Source: an uncultured Planctomycetales bacterium (GTDB taxonomy: Bacteria > Omnitrophota > Gorgyraeia > Zapsychrales > Fredricksoniimonadaceae). Taken from it: DNA of 64,000 nt. The position numbers and the translations under genes are program-made. Location of the stretch: NCBI GenBank assembly GCA_964572155.1, contig CAZNDZ010000001.1, forward strand, positions 718,290 through 782,289. Reading direction: 5' to 3'. The notes under the pieces are model-generated. The model had not been told where the DNA came from and ran no database searches. It saw nothing but the letters and a program-made list of their open reading frames with translations. Within the stretch, counting starts at the first letter, position 1; each line of letters opens with the position of its first letter. Positions 36,049 through 46,100 of the stretch are shown here, in pieces.

Positions 36049-36837
36049 ATGGAGAAAAGTATGGGCAAAAAAATAATGATTAATTTAACAAGTATGCTTC
36101 GCATGACCGTGCTCATGTTTGCGGTTTTTGCCTTATCGGCAAACGCTTCCGTGAATGCGGAAGACTTGCCAGATACCATGCCTCCATCGGAAGCGGAAGC
36201 GGCTGATCCTGCGGTTCAAGCAGCTCAAGAACGTGAACAATTTATTAAAGAAATCCGTCGTGTTGAGAATTTAAATCGTAAGTACACCGATCAAATCGAT
36301 GAGATCAAGGGCTTGCTCGCAGAAAAAGATGCAGATTTTCAAAAGCGCATGAAAGAATTGGAAGACAAAATGGCTTCCCAACAAAATGATGAAGGTAAAA
36401 AGAGTGTTGCTAAAGAACAAGAAACACAAATGTCTAAAGAATTAGAAAACAAAACTAATGAAATGTTGTCTAAGGGTGGTGATTTAGATCCAGAAGATCA
36501 ACAATTCAAAGAAGAATTAGCCAAAGCACATTACAACATGGGTAATATTTACTTTGAACGCGGTGAATATCAACGTGCTGTCGTCGAATATTACCAAGCA
36601 GTTGATTTAGTTCCTAATGATGCAGATACACATTACAATTTAGCTTTTATCAGTGGTGAATATTTAGGAGATCAAGAAACAGCGTTGAAGCATTATCAAT
36701 GGTACTTATATCTCAAACCAAACGCTGATGATAAAGATGCTATCAACGAAAAAGTTTTACAAGCAAAGATTCACTTAAGAGCAAAGATTGATTCACCGTT
36801 AGATAAAGATAATGGCAATTATAATTTGACCCGTTAA
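36049..36837 (+). CDS. Secreted TPR / coiled-coil protein, a possible secretin-associated (pilotin/PilF-like) factor.
   Basis: It has a signal peptide and a long charged coiled coil. TPR repeats are present (AHYNMGNIYFERGEYQRAVVEYYQAVDLVPNDADTHYNLAF). Its stop overlaps the next start. Confidence 0.5.
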   Translation: MEKSMGKKIMINLTSMLRMTVLMFAVFALSANASVNAEDLPDTMPPSEAEAADPAVQAAQEREQFIKEIRRVENLNRKYTDQIDEIKGLLAEKDADFQKRMKELEDKMASQQNDEGKKSVAKEQETQMSKELENKTNEMLSKGGDLDPEDQQFKEELAKAHYNMGNIYFERGEYQRAVVEYYQAVDLVPNDADTHYNLAFISGEYLGDQETALKHYQWYLYLKPNADDKDAINEKVLQAKIHLRAKIDSPLDKDNGNYNLTR

Positions 36838-38429
36838 TGAGAATTTTGATGCAAAAAATGTCTTATTCTATGCAAAAATTAATATTAACTGGTTTGTTGG
36901 TTTGCGGATTTATTCCGACGGCAATGGCCAATAATTTGACTGTCTCCAATGTGGCCTTAGGTTCACGTGACCCAGGCACCAAAACATTGGTGATTAATTT
37001 CAATGTGGCATGGGAAAATTCATGGCGCAATAAAATTAACCACGATGCTATTTGGTTGACTCTGCGCCTCAACAGCTCGACAACTTCTCCAGTATATAAG
37101 AAGCTTTGCCAAGTTTCAGCTAGTGGCATCAATCCAGAAGGTTCTTCTATTAGCAATAACAACAGCCTGGAATTATACGTCCCCGAAGATAGAAAAGGTT
37201 TATTCTTACGTCGAAATGCCTATAGCAACATTGGCAATATTGCTACCACCAATGTTTCTGTCACGGTTAAATATGATTCTTGCGGTTTTACTGATAGCGA
37301 TAAAGTTAACGCAAGTGTTTTAGGTTTAGAAATGGTCTTAGTTCCACAAGGATCATTCTTTGCAGGTGATAATGATACAAGCACTGCTTCATTAGATCGT
37401 GGAACTGGTGATGCGCGTCCTTGGTCTATTAATAGTGAAAATCAAATTAGCGTTAGCAATGCAGGTGCCAATGGATACCGTTATGTTTCAAATAATAATG
37501 CTGGTGAATATGCAACGGGAACAACATTCAATGTTCCTGCCACATATCCAAAAGGTTACAAAGCGTTTTACGCGATGAAATATGAAATCACCGAAGGTCA
37601 ATGGGTTGAATTTGTTAATTCGTTAGCGACAGATGCAATGCGCATTAATCATGATATCACTGACAATAATCATAAAAATACAGACAGTGTTGTCAATCGT
37701 AATACGATCGCATGTTCTGGTTCACCGTTAACATGTTCAACAACACGTGCAGAACGTGCTGTAACATTTTTATCTTGGTCAGATGTAGCGGCCTTCTTGG
37801 ATTGGGCTGCGTTGCGTCCAATAACAGAATTAGAATTTGAAAAAGTCGCACGTGGTCCAGTGCTTCCATTAAATGGTGAATATGCATGGGGTTCAGCCAA
37901 TATTAGTGCAGCAACAACAATCAGCGGCAATGAAGATGGTACAGAGACCATCACCAATGGTGGTAATGCCAATGTTGGATTATCAACATTATCAGGCGGC
38001 GATGCCAATGATGGCGTAGATTATCAAACAGGCGCGTTACGCACTGGTATATTTGCGACGGAGAATTCAACACGTGAAAGCTCAGGTGCAAGCTACTACG
38101 GTGCGATGGAAATTTCAGGTAACGTAAAAGAATATGTTGTCACCGTCGGAAATGCTGCGGGTTTAAGTTTCACTGGCGTACATGGCGATGGGTATTTAAC
38201 ATCAACATCAGGTTATGAAGGCAATGCCGATGTAAATGCTTGGCCAGGGTTAGATGCTGTTGCAGCGCGAGGTGTCACAGGTGCAAATGGTTCTGGTTTA
38301 CGTGGTGGATCATGGGCAGATAATGTACAAGCATTGCGTGTTTCAGATCGTTCTCAAGCAGCGTTAACGGTTCATACAGCAAGTAATGATGCCGGTGGCC
38401 GCGGGGCAAGGACATATGATGGTAACTAA
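36837..38429 (+). CDS. Secreted protein with a C-terminal FGE-sulfatase (SUMF1/GldJ/GldK-like) domain, paralog A.
   Basis: It has a signal peptide. The SUMF1-family motifs are WAALRPITELEFEKVARGP and LRGGSWADN. The N-terminal ~250 aa are an unknown beta-rich domain. Confidence 0.6.
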   Translation: MRILMQKMSYSMQKLILTGLLVCGFIPTAMANNLTVSNVALGSRDPGTKTLVINFNVAWENSWRNKINHDAIWLTLRLNSSTTSPVYKKLCQVSASGINPEGSSISNNNSLELYVPEDRKGLFLRRNAYSNIGNIATTNVSVTVKYDSCGFTDSDKVNASVLGLEMVLVPQGSFFAGDNDTSTASLDRGTGDARPWSINSENQISVSNAGANGYRYVSNNNAGEYATGTTFNVPATYPKGYKAFYAMKYEITEGQWVEFVNSLATDAMRINHDITDNNHKNTDSVVNRNTIACSGSPLTCSTTRAERAVTFLSWSDVAAFLDWAALRPITELEFEKVARGPVLPLNGEYAWGSANISAATTISGNEDGTETITNGGNANVGLSTLSGGDANDGVDYQTGALRTGIFATENSTRESSGASYYGAMEISGNVKEYVVTVGNAAGLSFTGVHGDGYLTSTSGYEGNADVNAWPGLDAVAARGVTGANGSGLRGGSWADNVQALRVSDRSQAALTVHTASNDAGGRGARTYDGN

Positions 38430-38430
38430 T

Positions 38431-40050
38431 ATGTTAAAGAAAATTATGATTTTTAGCATCCTCTTATGCGCTGCACCTTTGGTGTATGCAAATAACTTAA
38501 ATATTTCTAATTTAAACGTCTCAACTGTAGATACAGCGTCGGGAACAATTAGCTTTACGTGTGATGTTACCCAAGATAATAGCTGGCGCAATAATAATAA
38601 TTTTGATGCCGTTTGGATGTTTATGAAATATTCAACCGATGCTGGACAAACATGGAGCCATGCCAGTATGTTTGGTTATGGTACGAATCCTGCAGGTTTT
38701 TCTGCCGGCAACAATTTTGCATTAGTTGTACCTAATGATGGCAAAGGATTCTTTTTACAACGTACAGATTTTGGAGCAGGTTCTATTACAGTAAAAAATG
38801 TAAAGTTTGTTTGGAATTATGCTCAAGATGGCGTGCCTGCCAATATCGCAACCGCTGCAAACACCATTCACAAAGCATTTGGTATTGAAATGGTTTATGT
38901 TCCACAAGGTGCATTTTATGCTGGTGATGGCAACAGCTCGTCAGATTTTCGTTTCAAGTCAGGAAGCAGTGACAATAATCCTTGGTACATTCAAGGAGAA
39001 AATGCGATTAGCACAACAAATAGTGCATCTAATGGATATTTCTATCAAAGCACGGGAGCAACAGGTGAAAATAATAGTGGCGATGCATTTTTGGTACCAG
39101 CTTCATATCCAAAAGGCTATGCACCATTTTATTTAATGAAATATGAATTAACTGAAGGACAATGGGTGAGCTTCTTTAATACATTATCAACAGCAGCAAA
39201 ATTAAATCGTGATATTACGTCTGCTAATTTAGGTGGAAAAAATTCTGATGGCGTTGTAAAACGTAATACCATTGCATGGGATTCAACTAATCCAACATTA
39301 CCAGCGACAACATTGCGTCCATCACGTCCAGTAAGTTTTGTATCATGGCCAGATGTTGCAGCCTATGCTGCATGGGCAGGTCTTCGTCCTATCACAGAAT
39401 TAGAATTTGAAAAAGCAGCGCGTGGCAAAGACATTGGTGCTAACGCTGATGAATTTGCTTGGGGTTCATCAAGTTATACAGCGATAGGCACAACAGATAT
39501 CACACCAAATCAAGATGAAGTAGGAACGGAAACATTAAATAGTGCTGCAAATTTAAATCGCAATTCATTGGGATTTAGTACGGGTGATGGGCGTAGTGGT
39601 GGGATTGCATCTACACAAGCAGGTCCAGTGCGTGTCGGCATCTTCGCCGCTGGCGCATCTAATCGTATTAGTTCTGGTGCAGGATTTTATGGCAACATGG
39701 AATTATCGGGCAATTTGGCAGAACCAGTTGTAACCATTGGTCGTACTCAAGGTCGTCAGTTCTTAGCATCACATGGTACGGGTGCATTAACGAGCTTATC
39801 AGGCTATGAAGGAAATGCTGCTAACACGGATTGGCCAGGCTTGGATAATGTGAATGCAAGCCGTGGTATTACAGGTACCGTTGGCATTGGTTACCGTGGG
39901 GGAGATTTTAATTCATCAAATATTCGCACCTATCAATTGTCGTCAAGAACATATGCAGCGAAAGATCCTGATTCTTTAGGATTTTATCAACGTTCCGATG
40001 CAGGGTTTGGTGTTAATCAGGGCGGCCGTTTAGGTCGCAGTGCGCCGTAA
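38431..40050 (+). CDS. Secreted protein with a C-terminal FGE-sulfatase (SUMF1/GldJ/GldK-like) domain, paralog B.
   Basis: It is collinear with paralog A; compare ANNLNISNLNVS with ANNLTVSNVALGS, and ITELEFEKAARGK and YRGGDFN. The ATG at 38431 starts the signal peptide MLKKIMIFSILLCAAPLVYA. The 38386 extension overlaps gene A. Confidence 0.6.
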   Translation: MLKKIMIFSILLCAAPLVYANNLNISNLNVSTVDTASGTISFTCDVTQDNSWRNNNNFDAVWMFMKYSTDAGQTWSHASMFGYGTNPAGFSAGNNFALVVPNDGKGFFLQRTDFGAGSITVKNVKFVWNYAQDGVPANIATAANTIHKAFGIEMVYVPQGAFYAGDGNSSSDFRFKSGSSDNNPWYIQGENAISTTNSASNGYFYQSTGATGENNSGDAFLVPASYPKGYAPFYLMKYELTEGQWVSFFNTLSTAAKLNRDITSANLGGKNSDGVVKRNTIAWDSTNPTLPATTLRPSRPVSFVSWPDVAAYAAWAGLRPITELEFEKAARGKDIGANADEFAWGSSSYTAIGTTDITPNQDEVGTETLNSAANLNRNSLGFSTGDGRSGGIASTQAGPVRVGIFAAGASNRISSGAGFYGNMELSGNLAEPVVTIGRTQGRQFLASHGTGALTSLSGYEGNAANTDWPGLDNVNASRGITGTVGIGYRGGDFNSSNIRTYQLSSRTYAAKDPDSLGFYQRSDAGFGVNQGGRLGRSAP

Positions 40051-40104
40051 TTTTATAAAAATTGAGATTTTGATTTCGTGATCGAACAGAATAAAAAAGG
40101 GTTA

Positions 40105-43100
40105 ATGTTAAAAATTAAATTACAGTTAAAGAAACTGTGCGTCACAACGGTCATATTGATCGTCATGTCGATGGTTTCTTCCTCTGCATTTGCCCAATAC
40201 TCTGGCGGTTCACAAACTGGCAGCGGCGAAGCCACGATCGGTCAAGACATCTTCAAGGGTGGTCGCCAAGGTTCTTCCACCGTCGGAACTTCTAATGGTG
40301 GTTCTGCTTTATCTCATGGCGTAGCAACAAAGCTATATTTCGCTGTACAACCATCAGCGTCAAAACACAGTCACACCTTTGATCGTCAACCTGTAGTTGT
40401 TGTTCAAGATGCGAACGGAAATACAGTAACTGACGATAATACCACCCAAATCAAACTTGAAATCGGCAACAATCCAGGCAATGGGTATATCGAAGGTGTA
40501 ACCACGATTACAGTTGTTAATGGTGTTGCAACATTTTCAAATTTAAACATCAGCAAAGCTGGCCCACTATACACGTTAAAAGCTTCAGCAACAGGTCTTA
40601 CAACAGCATATTCAGAATCATTCGAGATTTATGCAGGTACTGGTCCAAAGGTTGCCGCAGTTTGGGATAATGCTGCAGGAAAATATCGCATTTATACTTG
40701 GGTTGAACAAGATAATCAAAGGCAAGATGTTGATAATACAGGTGATGATACCTGTGATACCCATACTATTTATGCATACGATGGTTCAACAGAAGCAACA
40801 TTAACAATGACAAAAGATGATGCAAATGATTATTGTTACACCGCTTCAGGAGATGCATGGACACCATCTAGTACAGCCAATTCCTATTTTCTTGATTTTC
40901 AGATTACGCTCGATGCTTCTTCTTATAGAACCTATGCTCCATTAGATTTAATTAAACCTGCTTTACAAGGCATTAGAGCGAAGACTGATTTAATTAATTG
41001 GACAAACGTTACAGATATTAAATCTAAAACAGACACGATTAACTGGACAGATGTCACGACCATTAATGCTCATACCAATAGCATCAATTGGCAAGATATT
41101 GGGGTCTTAAAATCAAACGTCAGCAGCATCAAATCAATAACAGACACCATTGATACATCAGTTAATTGGCAAGACATTGTTGTTCAAACGAAATCAGGTG
41201 TAAATTGGAAAGACATAGCTAGCACAACATTAAAGGGTATCAACTGGGATGATTTAAGCGTCTTAACAAATGTTGCGGTGAACTGGCGCGAACTTAATGT
41301 ATTAGGTAGAGCCGGTGTCAACTGGAACGACTTAAATACATTAACGCGCATTGGCGTCAATTGGCGTGATTTTGAAGTATTAGGTCGTGCACGTGTTAAT
41401 TGGTCTTCGATGGCTGAAATGGGTAAGGTTGGTATCAACTGGTATGACATGGCAGTCATGTCTGGTGCCCGTGTTACTTGGTCACAACAAATCAATTGGT
41501 ATAGCTTAGCTGATTTAACCACCGCTGGTGTTAATTGGTCGGATTTAAACGTTATGTCTGCAAAAAATATCAATTGGACCGACATCAATTCATTGAGTCG
41601 TGCAGGCGTTAATTGGAATAATTTCGGTTTATTAACCACAGTAGGTGTTAATTGGAATGATTTAACAGTCTTCTCAAGAACAATTATCAACTGGGATGAT
41701 TACGCCGTTCTTAGTCGTTCTGGAATCAATTGGGCGAACTTTGGTAATTTAACAACATCCAGCATTAACTGGAATGACATCAATGTTTTGTCGAGAAATG
41801 GCGTCAATTGGAACGACTTTGGTGTTCTCTCAAAAGCTGGCGTTAATTGGAACGATCTGCGTATCTTCACCAGAGCTGGTGTTAACTGGCAAGGCTTAAA
41901 TGTTTTTAGCAACACTTACGTTAATTGGGATGGGTTAAACCTTATGTCCACCAACGGCGTCAATTGGACAAATATTGGTTTACTCTCAACTGTAGGAGTT
42001 AATTGGGCAGATCTTAACGTAATGAGCCGCACTGGTGTAAACTGGGGCGATTTAAACCGCATGAGTGGTTTGGGTGTTAATTGGGCGGACTTAAATCGCT
42101 TAAGTGCCGTCGGTGTTAATTGGGCAGATTTAAATGTCTTAACAAAGTCTGGTATTAATTGGTATGACATGAACAGTTTCACAAAGGCGGGAATCAATTG
42201 GACAGACTTTGGTGTATTTAGTAAGACTGGCATCAATTGGAACAATATTAATATTTATGCAAGTGCCAATGTTAACTGGCAAGGGTTATATGTCTTAACA
42301 ACCAGTGGCATCAATTGGTCAAACATTGGAACCATGACAAGTACAGGTATTAATTGGAATGATTTTGCTGTCATGACTGTTAAGAGTTTGAATTGGGAAG
42401 ATTTTGGTATCCTGTCAAAGGTTGGCGTGAATTGGACAGATCTTGGAACATTTAGTAAAGCAGGTGTCAATTGGTATGATATTCAATCCATGGGTACTAA
42501 AGGAATTAACTGGAATGATTTTAATATATTAAGCAAAGCTTCAATTAATTGGACAGATTTTGGTTCTCTTGGCAAAGCAGGTATCAATTGGAACGATATT
42601 GGTGTTCTTTCTAAAAATGGCGTCAATTGGCAAGATTTAAATGTCATGTCTAAAGTAGGTATAAATTGGACTGATTTTAATCGTTTATCTGGTGTAGCGG
42701 TCAATTGGTCTGACATTGGTGTTTTATCAAAGATTGGAGTTAATTGGCAAGATTTCAACGTCATCAGCAAAGTTGGCGTTAATTGGAATGATTTTGGAGT
42801 TTTATCCAAAGCTGGTGTGAATTGGAGAGATTTAAATATCTTAAGCAGCACAGGTGTCAATTGGTATGACATGAATATTTTAAGCAATACTGGAACCAAT
42901 TGGTCTAATTTTGCTGTATTAAGTAAAGTTGGCGTTAATTGGAATGATTTTGGAGTTCTCTCAAAGGCAGGGATCAACTGGAATGATTTGACAGTGATGA
43001 GCCGCACCAATGTCAACTGGGGTGATTTAAATCGCATGAGCAGCCTCGGTGTAAATTGGGCAGATTTAAATCGCATGAGTGGACTTGGTGTCAATTGGCA

Positions 43101-46100
43101 AGATTTCACGGTTTTAACCAAGGCAGGCATCAACTGGACAGATTTTGGTGTGATTGGTAGAACGGGTATTAATTGGTATGACTTAAATGTATTTACAAAG
43201 TCAGGTATTAACTGGACAGATTTTGGGGTTTATACAAAGGTTAGTATCAATTGGGTTTCTTTAGCTTTGCAATCTACTAATGCTGTTAATTGGAACGACG
43301 TTGCCAAACTTTCTGCATCAAATGTTAACTGGAATTTCTTTTCTGCATTGTCTACGACCAATGTTAACTGGAATGACATTACCGTCTTAAGTAAGGCAGG
43401 CATCAATTGGAATGATATCGGTGTCTTAGCTGCCAATGGCGTCAATTGGAATGATCTTAATGTCTTAACTAAGGTTGGTGTTAACTGGAATGATTTTGCG
43501 GTCCTTGGCAAATCCGGTATCAATTGGAGAGATTTAGGCATATTAAGCACCGTTGCGATTAACTGGCAAGATTTTAATGTCATGTCAAAGACAGGTGTGA
43601 ATTGGGGCGATTTAAATCGCATGAGCAGCCTCGGCGTTAATTGGGCAGATTTAAATCGCATGAGTGCGTTAGGCGTTAATTGGGCAGATTTTAACGTATT
43701 AACGCGTTCTGGAATTAACTGGAATGATTTTGGTGTATTAAGCAAAACTGGTGTTAACTGGAATGACTTAGGCGTGTTAGCCAAGGCAGGCGTTAATTGG
43801 AATGATTTTGGAGTCTTAAGCAAGATAGGCATCAATTGGAACGATTTGAATGTTTTAAGTAAAGTTGGCACAAACTGGAGAGATTTTGCAGTATTAAGCA
43901 CTGTCGCTGTTAACTGGCAAGATATGAATGTGATTTCAAAGTCAGGAGTTAATTGGAATGACTTTGGTGTGTTATCAAAATCTGGTGTTAATTGGCAAGA
44001 TCTCAATGTCTTATCTAAAAATGGTATTAATTGGAATGAATTTGTCGTCTTAGGGCGCGCAGGTATTAATTGGCAAGATATCAATGTAATCAGCAAAGTA
44101 GGCGTTAACTGGTCAGATTTTAATGTATTATCCAGAAACGGTGTTAACTGGCAAGATTTGAATGTTTTATCAAAAGCAGGATTAAATTGGCAAGATTTCA
44201 ATGTTTTATCAAAATCAAGAGTCAACTGGCAAGACTTTACAGTTTTAAGTTCTGCAGCTATTAACTGGCAAGATATTAATGTTTTATCTAAGGCTGGTGC
44301 TAATTGGCAAGATCTAAATGTTTTAACTAAAGGTGGTGTCAATTGGCAAGATATTAATACCTTAACTAAAGCGGGTATCAACTGGCAAGATATGAACCAA
44401 TTGACCAGAACAGGTATTAATTGGCAAGATGTGAATGTATTAACAAAGACCGGCGTTAACTGGCAAAACTTTAATGTCTTAACTAGCTCAGGTATTAATT
44501 GGCAAGATTTAAATGTATTAAGCAAGACAGCAATTAATTGGAACGATTTTGGAGTTCTTGCGAAAGCTGGCGTTAATTGGAACGACTTAAATGTTCTTTC
44601 AAAATCTGGTGTTAATTGGAATGATTTTGGTGTCTTAAGTAAAAATGGTGTGAATTGGAACGACTTAAATGTTCTTACCCGCAGCGGCATTAACTGGAAT
44701 GATATGAATGCTCTTTCTAGAGCTGCAGTGAATTGGAATGATTTTAATGTTTTAACCCGCACATCTATCAACTGGCAAGATTTCACATCTTTGAGCAAAG
44801 CTGGCGTTAACTGGAATGATCTTAATGTTTTAAGTAAGACAGGTATTAATTGGCAAGATTTCAACGTGATAACAAGAACCAATGTTAACTGGCAAGATTT
44901 AAATGTTCTCTCAAAAGCTGGTGTTAATTGGAATGATTTCGGTGTATTAACAAACTCTAGCGTTAATTGGACAGGTCTCAATCTTTTAACAACAGCTGGA
45001 GTAAATTGGGCAAATCTAAACGTATTAAGTACAACAGGTGTTAATTGGGCTGATTTTGGTGTCTTAACAAAAATTGGTGTCAACTGGAGTGATTTGAATG
45101 TATTAACAAAATCTGGTGTGAACTGGCAAGATTTTGGCGTATTAAGTAAAGTGGGTGTTAATTGGCAAAATTTCAATGTATTAAGTAATGCAGGTATTAA
45201 TTGGAACGATATTGGTGTCTTAGCCAAAACAGGTATCAACTGGAATGACTTAAATGTCATGTCACGTACCGGCGTAAACTGGGGTGATTTAAATCGCATG
45301 AGCTCATTGGGTGTTAACTGGGCAGATTTAAATCGCATGAGCGGCTTAGGTGTGAATTGGGCAGATTTCACTGTCTTAACCAAGGCTGGCGTTAACTGGA
45401 ATGATTTTGGTGTCATGAGCCGCGTTGCAGCAAACTGGTATGATTTGAATGTCTTTACACGTGCAAGCATCAATTGGAATGATTTTGGTGTATTAGCGAA
45501 GGCAGGTATTAATTGGAATGACTTAAATGTTGTTACCAAAGCCAATGTTAATTGGAATGACTTTGCTGTCTTATCTAAGATTGGTGTTAACTGGCAAGAT
45601 ATGAATGTCTTGACCCGTAATGCTGTTAATTGGTCAGATTTTAGTGTCATGAGCCGTTCAAGTATTAATTGGCAAGGCTTAAATACATTAACAACCGCAG
45701 GCGTTAACTGGACAAACTTAAATGTTTTAAGTTCAACGGGTGTTAATTGGACAGATTTAGGCATTTTGACGACGACAGGTATTAATTGGCAAGATTTTAA
45801 TACTCTGAGTAAAGCTGGCGTCAATTGGAATGATTTAGGTGTTCTTTCTAAAACAAGCATAAATTGGCAAGATTTTACTGTACTTGGAAAAGCAGGAATT
45901 AATTGGAATAGCTTAGGCGTAATGTCTAAGGTTGGTGTCAATTGGAATGATTTCACTGTCATGAGCAGATCCAATGTCAATTGGGCCGATTTAAACAGCA
46001 TGAGCTCATTGGGTGTTAATTGGGCTGACTTAAATCGCATGAGCGGCCTAGGTGTGAACTGGCAAGATTTTACTGTATTAACTAAGGCTGGCGTTAACTG

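Noticed and set aside
38386-38430. Upstream start at 38386 for the second FGE-domain paralog
   Set aside because: It overlaps the 3' end of paralog A. The ATG at 38431 begins a clean signal peptide that is collinear with paralog A.
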